64,000 bases of DNA from Octopus vulgaris (taxonomy: Eukaryota): NCBI GenBank assembly GCA_951406725.2, contig OX597815.1, forward strand, positions 102,238,001-102,302,000. Direction: 5' to 3'. A program made the translations under genes and the position numbers. Of the stretch, positions 1 through 21,830 are shown piece by piece (position 1 is the first letter of the stretch; each line of letters opens with the position of its first letter). The notes beneath the pieces are model-generated. The model was not told the DNA's origin. It ran no database searches and saw only the letters and a list, made by a program, of their open reading frames with translations.

Positions 1-11207
<11,207 letters not shown>

Positions 11208-11307
11208 NNNNNNNNNNNNNNNNNNNNNNNNNNNNNNNNNNNNNNNNNNNNNNNNNNNNNNNNNNNNNNNNNNNNNNNNNNNNNNNNNNNNNNNNNNNNN
11301 NNNNNNN
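11208..11307. other. Scaffold gap (100 N)
   Basis: Run of N. Confidence 1.
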
Positions 11308-11349
11308 CACCTGAAGAAGGCTGGAGGGTATATCAGCCGAAACGTTGTG
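11308..11349 (+). ncRNA. Minimal type-I hammerhead ribozyme (Penelope pLTR type)
   Basis: cac-CTGAAGA-a-GGCTG(gagggtatat)CAGCC-GAAA-CG-TT-gtg. Core is intact, helix III is the palindrome AACGTT, and helix I (cac/gtg) is truncated by the gap. Confidence 0.8.
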
Positions 11350-11639
11350 TTAACAACAAACAAGTTGAGGACAAATATCGTATGTAAATGATGTAAAAAA
11401 TGTAAATAATGTACATAATTCGTCATCTTTTAAATATAGAACAGAAATGTATGATATGTGTTGTGTCATTTTGTTTGGTGGTGTTTTTTTTATTAGTGGT
11501 TGTGGTGTGATTGGTGTTGTGTGACTTAGCGTGAGGCGTTGATCGTGCAGAGTATGTTCTGTGTGTATTATTTTATAGAAACGGAATGAATGAGAGTGAA
11601 GGAAGGAGTCCCTGATACGGTTTTTACGGATTTGTTTAT

Positions 11640-11880
11640 GTTTCTTTTCTTTGAAAATCATATTTAGTACTCCAAGTATTATCTACACTGTTTTCATTCC
11701 TCATATTGTACTTATTTCAGATTCAAGATCCTTATACTTTGATTATATCTCAATTTCTTTTAGCCATGCTTTGAACAGAAGGGTCTGAGTTGTTTATTAC
11801 AATGTAGAGGCTCTCACCCGACTCTTTGATAATTATATCTGGACAATTCTGCTGACGCGACTGTGTCTGTAAATGGCTCA
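11640..11880 (-). mobile_element. Decayed R4/Dong RLE fragment
   Basis: Manual minus-strand translation gives PDIIIK, SKYKDLESEIS and IILGVLNMI, with stops and frameshifts. Confidence 0.6.
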
Positions 11881-12135
11881 GACTTGGCAACTGCCTTGTT
11901 TGTTGGAAATGCTGTTGTTACTTGTCTCATTGTATTGGTTACTAGCAGTATAACCCGGCTTTTCAAACCAAACTAAGTAACATCGACGTCAAATTTGGTC
12001 GAAATCTGTTGAAATTACGCTGGATATAGATCCGCAAAGGGAATCCACCACCAAAGAATTGTTCTCAAGAAATAATTCAACACACCAAGAACGTAAGCGA
12101 GCAGGACAAATGAAAACTAACGAAAATATAGATTA

Positions 12136-12211
12136 ACTCTATACAATTGTTTCATCGTTAATAAATTATGTAATTTTACTTACATAAATATCTTCGATTC
12201 TTCAGTAGAGT
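12136..12211 (-). ncRNA. Type-I hammerhead ribozyme, left arm of the inverted repeat
   Basis: Reverse complement reads actcta-CTGAAGA-ATCG...ttatgtaa(gtaaaa)ttacataa...CGAT-GAAA-CAATTG-TA-tagagt. Confidence 0.85.
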
Positions 12212-12482
12212 ACGTCAAAAATATAATTTGTTGAACTGCACGGCAAATATCAACATCAGGTTGGAGAGGGGCGAACAGTTCGGCCTATTATATTCACAGT
12301 TACATTCAAATGCCCTCGTTCTGGCGCGCTAAATTCCCGGATATAAATACTGCATAAGTAATTTACTGCCGGTTTGAGAACATATTATAATGAAAGTCAA
12401 AATAAGGGTGAAAAACTATTCGCCCCTCTCCAACCTGATATTGATATTTGCCGTGCAGTTCAACAAATTATATTTTTGACGT

Positions 12483-12558
12483 ACTCTACTGAAGAATCGA
12501 AGATATTTATGTAAGTAAAATTGCATATTTTATTAACGATGAAACAATTGTATAGAGT
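12483..12558 (+). ncRNA. Type-I hammerhead ribozyme, right arm of the inverted repeat
   Basis: actcta-CTGAAGA-ATCG...CGAT-GAAA-CAATTG-TA-tagagt. 6-bp helix I, palindromic helix III ACAATTGT, predicted GUA cleavage after 12552. Confidence 0.85.
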
Positions 12559-13731
12559 TAATCTATATTTTCGCTATTTTTCATTTGTCCTGCTCGCTTA
12601 CGTTCTTGGTGTGTTGAATTATTTCTTGAGAACAATTCTTTGGTGGTGGATTCCCTTTGCGGATCTATATCCAGCGTAAGAGCGTCCACATAGTGGATTC
12701 ACTCATAGTTTTGTATTAATAATATTTACTGAATCCCAGTATATACGCTAGGCCACTTGGTGTTTGAATTGGTGTTATTAAATTAATATCCAATTTTTTC
12801 ATCCTTATTTTGACTTTAATTATATATATATATATAGGGAACACACACACACATACACACATGTACGTACGTACACCTATTGCATACAAGTTTTTTGTAC
12901 GCATACTTGTTCGTGTGTGTGCGTGTTGCCCATATATTAACAAAACACTTTTTTCCTCGATGGAAAAAACCCAACAAAAGTCTTAACAAAAATACTTACT
13001 TGTCGCTTGAAGGAGACTTAATTCCTGTTTGCAAACAATGGTGATTTCTCCGACCAGAAAATTGTTAAAAGTTTTGGTTGAAAATTTACTTGTACTGCTA
13101 TTCGCTGGTGCCTCTGGTAAAAATAAGTTGACGAAAATACAGCTAGGGTCATGACGAATGTCCTCCTAAAATTTGAGCGACATGTGTGCTAATTTGTGGA
13201 CGTGCATAAATAACAATTACGTACACACACACACACGTAAACACACACATACATCCTTTTATATATACAGATATCGTTTGCACTTTATGTTAGCATCTTT
13301 TTCCATTATATTATTTTTTGTTATTATTCATCGTAAGTTTGTTCGTTTGTTTATACGTTCAAAAGTTGTTAGCTGCTGAAATTTTGTTATGTAACATTTG
13401 TTTAAGCCAAGCAGAACGCATAGGGCTGGCTGGTCCCTTTGTGTCTTAGCCTATCTAGGACTGAAATTTGTTGGAAAGATTTTCAAATTTTGTTTTGAAA
13501 AACACTTAATTTTTTTTTGCTTTTTACAAATATGGCATCAAACTGAAGGGAGAGATAGAAATGATTCTCAAAGACAGGTGTAGCCAATTTCAGAATCCTT
13601 CCTCTTCAACCTCCGCTCGGAAGAGGAGAACGTTTTTCAAGCATTGAAAATTCAAAGTCCGAATAATTGCGCCGCTGCTATTATGGAAAACAACAACAAC
13701 ACCAGCAGCAGCAGCAGCAGCAGCAGCAGAA

Positions 13732-13893
13732 GGGCAGCGGACTCGCGGTCCTAAGAACGCGGTTTCAATTCCTGGTCCGGGAATTGTGAGTGTTTATTGG
13801 GCAAAAAGACATAAGTTCCACGAGGCCTCGGCGGGGGTGGTGGTGAACCCTGCTGTACTCTTTCACCACAACTTTCTTTCACTCTTTCTTCCT
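13732..13893 (+). mobile_element. tRNA-derived SINE fragment related to 44960-45285
   Basis: GCAGCGGACTCGCGGTC...GGTTTCAATTCC head and a shared CAACTTTCT.TCACTCTTTC segment. Confidence 0.6.
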
Positions 13894-14857
13894 ACTTCGG
13901 CCATAAAGTAGAGGAACCATAGTGTAACCCACTATGGTGTGGTAAACTTTCAGACCCTAGTCTAGATTGCGAATCCTCTGTACCCCAGGATGGTTCAGCA
14001 ATCCACCCGTTAAAAGCCACCGTTTACGGAATGAGGATAACAACGTAGCTTTCGCGCCCGTGCAACCGCCAGTCTATCGCGTGTGGTGGGTGGGTCTTCA
14101 AGCTTCCACACACATTCTTAGTAGCTTATAATAGGCTCGAATTAGAGATTATTCTTTGTGGCTAATGGTTTGAGTTCTGATTGAAAGAAGAAGGCGACAG
14201 CAGCAGTAAGGACACCAGAAACAGCAGTAGCTATATCAGTAGTACTCTGTCATTACCATTACAGAAGTGGTTGAACGTGTAATCATACCAAGGAGGCATT
14301 ATTACGCGACTATTTCTGACCTCGGCTTCATACCTGAATTTTTCAGCTGTTTTGCTCGAAGATCTCCTGTAAGAAGGAACCCAGTAAATGTCTATCTCGC
14401 TGCCATTTAGCCACAAACTCCCTTCCCACTAACTGTCTTTGTTCAATTTGCCCTTTAGTTGTGTTGTCATATTTTTGTTATGGTCTCCAGTCAGAGAGAC
14501 CACAGCATATTCCCCCTTGATTTGTCTTTGTCTTCTACCATCTTGTCTGTATTCAGTTTCTGCTTCTGATTGATTGTGGTGACTGGTTTGTAGCAGCTAA
14601 TTCATCGTTATTCTTGTTACCTAAAGGTCCGGAAAAGTATACACATATCATTTTGGAATCTGCCCTCCCCTCCTTTAACGAAATTAATAAAAATTTAAAA
14701 AACAAAACCAAAACAACAAAATTAAGAGGTGTGTAACCGTCTAGATCATTAGATATTTCTGTAATCAGTTGGCTTAGATTAAGAGTAAAGGAGTTTTAGA
14801 CGCTTGCAACAGAATGGAATACACCAAAGTTGCTCAAGGAACAGAGGGTATAAAGCT

Positions 14858-15065
14858 GCCACCATAAACAGGCTCAGTGAATCAGAGCGGCTTACACACA
14901 GTTTCGATCTGCCAAGGTGTAAAACTACCACCATAAACAGGCACAGGGAATCAGCGGCTTACATATAGTTTCGATCTGCCAAATTATGCCTGGATACTTG
15001 GATAGAATCAAGACTACGAGAGACGACACTTGCCCAAGCTGTCATACAGTAGGATCAAACCTGAA
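14858..15065 (-). mobile_element. Decayed SINE head with a local tandem duplication of about 57 bp
   Basis: CACCATAAACAGGC...AGTTTCGATCTGCCAA occurs twice. GACACTTGCCCAAG is shared with the 38730 SINE family. Confidence 0.45.
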
Positions 15066-15458
15066 ATAATCTGACAACAGAGAAGAGAACTTTTTTACTA
15101 CATAACTTACTAGGTATATACTCTAATTAATATTTCTTCATTTATAAGTAGTTTCTCTCGAATTGCAATAAGTTTCATTTTTGTCCATTAGCTTTTTCTT
15201 TTCTTTTATAGAAAATTTAATTTGCAGAACAAATTCCATTGCAATACCAATCCATTTCATCTCCTAAAGCGTAAGCAGAACTTATGATGAGAACCAACCT
15301 CAGCAGAGAAGGGAATCCGAGTCACAGATAGCGTAACTGGAGAACTTGCATACAGATATGTAAAACTAACAATATATTTCAAATAACACTTCAAATAACA
15401 ATTACACTTTTAGACATTTCGCTTCTACTTACGCTTCGTTTCTTTTCTTTTCGTTTCG

Positions 15459-15459
<1 letters not shown>

Positions 15460-15506
<47 letters not shown>

Positions 15507-15530
15507 TCCTTCGTTCTTTCTTCCTTTCGT

Positions 15531-15574
<44 letters not shown>

Positions 15575-15575
15575 T
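15460..15575. repeat. (TTTC)n microsatellite
   Basis: Direct sequence. Confidence 0.95.
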
Positions 15576-16027
15576 CACTGTTGCTTTTTTACTGCTTTCC
15601 TTCTTATGTATAGTTTTTTTCCAAATCTTTGATAGGTGATAATAATTTTACTCATCATTTCACCTCCCAACTGTAGCAGCTCCGCTCGTCTACTTTTCAT
15701 CTTCATTACTTCCATCCACTTCATTTTCCCCTTATACCACCGGTCCACCCCACTTCGCCTTCTTTATCTCACCAGTACTTACCAGCAACTTCCACTGACT
15801 CTACATTTTCTTTCTGACATTTCAACTTTATTACTAAATCTTCCTACAATTATTGCTGCTTCGTTTACTGTAAGTGACAGAATGATGTATTCTGTGGATC
15901 TGAAAAAATTCATCACCATAAAGAAAATATATATACGTACAACTATATTTAGATTTATGACCACATAAAGTATACATGAATATATTCTATGTGCATAGGA
16001 AAATGGAAATAAACAAGATAATATCAA

Positions 16028-16164
<137 letters not shown>

Positions 16165-16572
16165 GTTTGCACAAGTATGTGCGTATTCACGCATATAATG
16201 TTTTCTCGGTTTCAAATCATTGGAATTCAATTTTACTGGGGCACTACTTTCAACGGTTTAATCGGTTACATCGATACCAATATATATTTCAGTCCTATAT
16301 TATTTTACCAATCTATGCTTGACGAACGGCTAAGTCATAATATATAAAGTGACACAACATTAATACTACTGATATTTTGAACATTGTAAACAAAAGGAAA
16401 CACGGGCACAAACACACACATGTACGTACGTATGTATATGTGTATCTACAGACACACACACGCACACACACATATGAAGAGCGTTGTAATCCGTTGAAGC
16501 ATTGTGATATAGAAATAGAATAATACTTGAAATGAGGAAAGATTCTAACAATGCAGAGATGAAAGTTGAAAA

Positions 16573-16614
16573 ACTCTTATATATTTCGGGCGTTAAGCTC
16601 ATCTTCGGAAGAGT
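16573..16614 (-). ncRNA. Variant or degenerate minimal hammerhead motif
   Basis: Reverse complement reads actct-t-CCGAAGA-t-gagc(ttaac)gccc-GAAA-TATA-TA-agagt, with CCGAAGA in place of CTGANGA. Confidence 0.5.
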
Positions 16615-17299
16615 ACAGCCAAAAATATGTATATCTACGTAGATTTTACAATTTGGCTAGCTAGATAGGCAGTGAATCCGTTTTAGTTCAGTGCTTCTGC
16701 TAGTTTATAATTTATTCTATATACATATACACACAATGTTATCAGGGAGATCTTGAACACCATGTTTAAAATAGTGAAAATAATCGAACGACCCTAACAA
16801 CACAAGCTGCGCCATCAGCAAACGGAATTTCAAGTAGAACTTTTGAACCGATAACGTATTACAGAAATTATCTCATTCGACAATATTGTCAGGCAACCAG
16901 AAGACACAAGGGTGAAAATACAGATACGCTAACAGCTGGAACAAGAGAGCTATTAAAAAAGAGACAAACAATGAAATGATATGTCACTCTGCCTAAAACA
17001 TCTTGAATGTGTTGAAGTCTTGTAGTCACCAGGTATGCAATGAATCAGCTCAGAACATGGAACAAATTCTTGAGGTCTTCGGAAAAATAAGCGCGAAAAA
17101 TGCCGGACAACAGCAGCGTTTAGAAATAAAGAAGACAAGACTACAGTTCACAATGAAAAAATTATACTGGCCAAAGTGTTCACTATCTAACATCAAGTGT
17201 TCACAATACCGATACGAGAAATGAAAAAGAACAAAAAACGAAACATTTCTCATTCTATTCGTAAAACTTAAGATGTCACTGAAGACTCTACGTCATTGT

Positions 17300-17800
17300 A
17301 AGACCCTAGTGAAGTCAGCATGACTGGCGGTGTCTTCCAGAAGATGGAAATGCTCTAAACCAGGTCCCCACACAACTGCTCTCGAATATCACCGCCTAAG
17401 CATCTAAGTTCTAAGTGAGGAAAAATGCAGCAGTGGTTATAGTGTAGAAGAATGGCAAGTGTCAGCATCAAGAATTACAGATCAATTAGTTTGCTTTCCA
17501 TCACATACAAGATGTTTGCATACATCATGCAAAGACTTTAGACTTGCACCAATCTCAAGAACAGGCATGTTTTGGAGCAGATTTCCTTACGATTTATTAT
17601 CTTCATACAGTAAACCAGCAAAAAAAAACAACAAAAAACAAAAAAAAAAAAACCCAGGAATTCAACACTAAATTCAAAGCAATACTCAAGAAGTCAAGAA
17701 TCAGGGACTTAGTCGGACTTACAAGATGCTTGTAAGACTCCGTTATGCAAGCGATGTCACTCATGTTGAATCCTTTTGACAGCTGTCTACCAAGAACTCA
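17300..17800 (+). mobile_element. Decayed RTE-like LINE RT fragment
   Basis: NYRSISLLSITYKMFAYI and QEQACFGADF motifs with frameshifts. Confidence 0.55.
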
Positions 17801-18149
17801 CATTAATGAACATTATCTCTCGAAATGATAGGCATCACTTCTTTGGATAGATTTGTCTACGCAATATAAATTCGCTTTCATTCAATATTCTTTGAAAATA
17901 TATTTATGTACTTTCTTTTCTGGAGCACATCTCACCAATAGAGAAACAGAATTTTCGAAACAGACTGTCTGTGGCCAGAGAAGATTAACGCTAAATTAAA
18001 TACTTAAATTATTAAAAATAGATACAAAGAAATCAATATCATTGTGTAATTATTTTATGAAGAAAAGAGAGAATAGTATAGAAAAAAATTTCCAGCAAGC
18101 ATTCTGTATTCTTTGCAAAGAATAAAGAATGACCGATGAAAAGTCATTT

Positions 18150-19230
18150 TACATGACTAGATACTGTTAATACGCATCTAATTAATTGAATATCGATGTT
18201 CACCCATTAGTTTCGTCTATATTAAGATGTACACAGAAAGGATTTTCAGACGCATTAAAATGATATTCAATGTGCGAATGATTATATATTGTAGGTATGT
18301 TGATATGTTTTACGATTGTATAATAACATTAAGTGAAAACGTAGGCTTATATTTACTTCCCAATTTAAAGACAGAATTACAGCACATTGAAAGAGGATTT
18401 TATTAGGACGATGGATTATTAATCACAAAAAATCTCAACCCGCAGCAAATCAACAGATTAAGAAAAAGGTTATGTGTTTTATTCAACTAATACCGCCTAA
18501 AAGTAAATAAGCCGCACATTTTCTTGATGTTTTTAATTTGAAGAATACTATGCATAACTGCTATCATAAAACTCATAAAACACTAAATTATATCCAGTGT
18601 TTATCAAAATAACTACAGGACTATCACAAATAACATTCTTACGAATACATCAATCGGTCTTTCCAAACATTTGGCCAATAAAAATAATCTTAAGCAGTGC
18701 AAATTATTATATCAATACGTTGGAAAAAACTGAAACCGACAAGAGAAATATAAAATATATAAAAAATATTAACATCGCAAACAAGGGAAAAAATTTGGCA
18801 TAACCCCTCTTTTGTTACTACAGTTGCAAAGCAAATAACAGGAGCCTTTTGCAATATATAATCAAACACTTTCATACAAATATATTTAAAAAGAACACAC
18901 TTGAACTCTTTTATTCGGAAACTCAAAACTTTGTCTACGTCTTTGTTTCCTCCAGCATCAGGAAAAGGAGAAAAATCAATGACTAGTCATATAAACTGAA
19001 ATTGCAACTGTACTAGCCACATAAACTGTCCCCTAAAATCAAATTACCTACCCATTGCTACAATAAATATACACAACACATCTAGAATATATATTGAGGA
19101 CTAACATCAAACAATTTCGAAACAGATTTTAATTAATATGGCTATAGCTGCCAACACACGACAAAGGACCACTTATTCATCATAGCATTACGGATTTAAA
19201 TAACTGGAGCTAATGAAAATTTTAGGGTTT
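18150..19230 (+). mobile_element. Decayed Penelope-like element (RT plus GIY-YIG)
   Basis: Manual translation gives GFY*DDGLLITKNLNPQQINRLRKRL (GLYRDDGL motif), HFLDV, HTNIFKKNTLELFYS, NCNCTSHINCPLK and IY*GLTSNNFE in the expected order. Confidence 0.7.
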
Positions 19231-19349
19231 TCTTTCTTGTCTTTTGTTTAGAATTACTCATTTACATGATGATTATTGTCCTCATGTCTGTGCCTAGTAA
19301 CAAGAGTAGCAGCAGCAACAACAACAGCAACAACATTTATTACAATAGA

Positions 19350-19495
19350 TACCAGACTTGAAATTTTGGAGGAGGCACATCTCGATTACATCGACCCTCG
19401 TGTTCAGACCCTGGAAAGGATGAAAGGCAAAGTCGACCTCGGCAGAATTTGAACTCATAAAGACGCATGAAATGCTACCGCTGCCGCCGCCTTTA
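19350..19495 (-). mobile_element. tRNA-SINE, 30748 family
   Basis: GAAAGGATGAAAGGCAAAGTCGACCTCGGCAGAATTTGAACTC. Confidence 0.7.
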
Positions 19496-19647
19496 ACGAC
19501 GACGACGACGACGACGACGACGACAACAACAACAACAACGACAACAATTATAAATTTTGGCACAATTCCCGTAATTGAACTTAGGACATAAAGAGTTGAG
19601 GAAATACCGCAACGCATTTATTCCAGCGCTCTAACAATTCTATCAAT

Positions 19648-19725
<78 letters not shown>

Positions 19726-20946
19726 TTTTTTAAAATCTTCCACAATGGCTTGAAGTGACACAGATATACGAAACTCTCACATGCGAAACTCTCAACGCAA
19801 GAAAAGATCCCACAGAGTGTGAAGAAAAACATTTACAAATTACGAAGTGAGAGTAATATAGACAGTATATACAGAAGGACGTATTAAGAATTTTACAGGC
19901 GCGCAGATACAGACACACACATACTAATGCACACACATGCACACACACATGCACATACACGTGTCCTCTACATATATAAGCACACATATATATATATAAG
20001 CATACACATATGCAGGCATATACACACGCACACACAACAATACACCCCTCATGTATATGTATAGGAATTCATTCACGTATGCATGCATATACATTCATAC
20101 ATATGTGCATGCGTAGTTGAACAGAATTTGGATGAAAACCTTGTGGTTAGGCTCATACAAAGCTCGTCCACAGGTATTGACTACTGAATGTCAGTAGACA
20201 GTGAAAATATTCCTGTCACTGGATATACATCTGAAATTCCATTGTATCTATAGAGTTTATAAAGAGAGGTGAATAAGAGGAAATGGATTAAACAACGTTC
20301 TTTATTTTAAATCACTACAATTGTTTCCATACATCGTCACACCTGTAGTAATTGGTGAGATTATATAATTAACGCATTGTGTAATCACTACTATCCATCA
20401 AAGATGTAAAATGTGTTTTTTTCTGATGAGTATTTGAATAAATCCTTCATTTGATCAGATGGTCATATCACTCTAGACAAGAATGAATACTCAAAGCAGT
20501 GTCTATTTTCAGCAATTTTTAGCAATTTTCAAACAGAAACTAAACCGATAGATAAAATGATAGAGAAAATCCCTGAAATTTTGGATGACGCTCTCTGATC
20601 ATAGGCCATCTTTTACTAAAGACTGTTTTAGGCAATCCGTCACATTGCGATACAAAAGTCTCAATTAATCAACGTCGTGTCCAATGTCTCCTATTGTGAC
20701 TCTTGTGTTTGAGTGATGTACTGAGGTATAAATATACAATTAAAGATATATCTGATAATTTCAGCCCGTGTTTTTTTCGCCGCGTCTTCAGTTTTAAGGG
20801 TACAGTATATAATACCCTACCTGTTGTATATTTATAAAGAGATAACTCCTCCCAATACATTTTGGAGAGCATATTGCATGATGTGAAGCAGATGTAAATA
20901 AGTTTTCTTTCTGTCTTTGGTTTCTCCTGGATTAACTCTTTGTGGT

Positions 20947-21066
20947 AAAAAATACTATTCTGCTTTAAGAAACCCTGCCACCCATATTTCTTCTAACTAT
21001 GATAGATAAAAAATTCCATTCACTTTGTATTAAAGGAAAGTTTGCCTTCACGCAGTTAAAATATGA
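20947..21066 (+). repeat. About 120-bp direct repeat, second copy at 26708-26829
   Basis: AAAAATACTATTCTG...CACGCAGTTAAAATATGA occurs in both places with few differences. Confidence 0.9.
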
Positions 21067-21732
21067 GCGGTCTGCAGTATTTGAAATCATGTCAGAGCCG
21101 TTACTGTTGTTATTGTTTTTAGTAGTTCAGCAGGCTTCCTAATTTCCTTTTTGAGTATATGTGATATTTTCTTCTAATTATTCATCACACTATTTTCCTG
21201 TTGCATATTTAGTTTTGTCTTTGTGTTTTTTCTATCCATTACTGTAGCCTAATTACACGAGGAAGCTATTTTGTATGTGAAAATGTAATAAGTGTAATTA
21301 AAAGTTTGAAAGTTTGTAAAACAAACTTCTTTTTTTTCCGTTGTCACTCTCGATACCGAGGGCAGGTTTTCCATAGGCGATTATATTTTTTTCAAAGGTG
21401 AAAAAAGATAATTTAGAAATGCTTGAAGTAAAACGTGTTTCGAAGAGAGAAGCAAAAGCATCGTCATTACATTACGAGAGTGAAATATAATAACAGCAAC
21501 AACAACATCCCCATTATCAACAACATCCCCATTATCTACAACAACAACAGCAACGCGCAAGCGTAGACTATTCCCAGAAAACAGCTTTATTGGGTACAGC
21601 GAGGATTTTGAGACTTGGACGTTAAGTATCGAGAAAGAGGACCCTGTGAAACCCTTGACAATAGGTTGTTGTCCTCTATTACAAAATTAGCCAGAGCAAG
21701 TAAAAAGTGAAGATGATAATAATGATGATGAC

Positions 21733-21791
<59 letters not shown>

Positions 21792-21830
21792 CAATAATAA
21801 TAATAATAATAATAATGATAATAATAATAA

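Larger units (their letters stand above)
12015..12679. repeat. Long inverted repeat, arms 12015-12280 and 12414-12679, 133-bp spacer
   Basis: Arms are reverse complements with few mismatches, e.g. TTACGCTGGATATAGATCCGCAAAGG / CCTTTGCGGATCTATATCCAGCGTAA. Confidence 0.95.
11940..13272 (+). mobile_element. Putative non-autonomous Helitron/Helentron-like (HINE-type) element
   Basis: Starts tACTAGCAGTATAACCCGGC and ends with a CA-rich tract plus ACATACATCCTTTTATATATACAGAT. These termini resemble Lep1/DINE-type elements. No ORF. Confidence 0.4.

Noticed and set aside
15190-15360. Possible host exon after a polypyrimidine-AG acceptor
   Set aside because: Stops in all frames, no recognisable protein and no partner exons
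17275-17330. CTGAAGA followed by a weak hairpin
   Set aside because: No GAAA, helix III or helix I closure
20312-20510. Hammerhead half-motifs (minus GAAACAATTGTA, plus CTGATGA-GTATT...AATAC)
   Set aside because: Neither has a complete core. Possibly a decayed pLTR but not supportable.
20738-20797. Minus-strand CTGAAGA...GAAA...TC arrangement
   Set aside because: Helices II and III pair poorly, so it is likely chance
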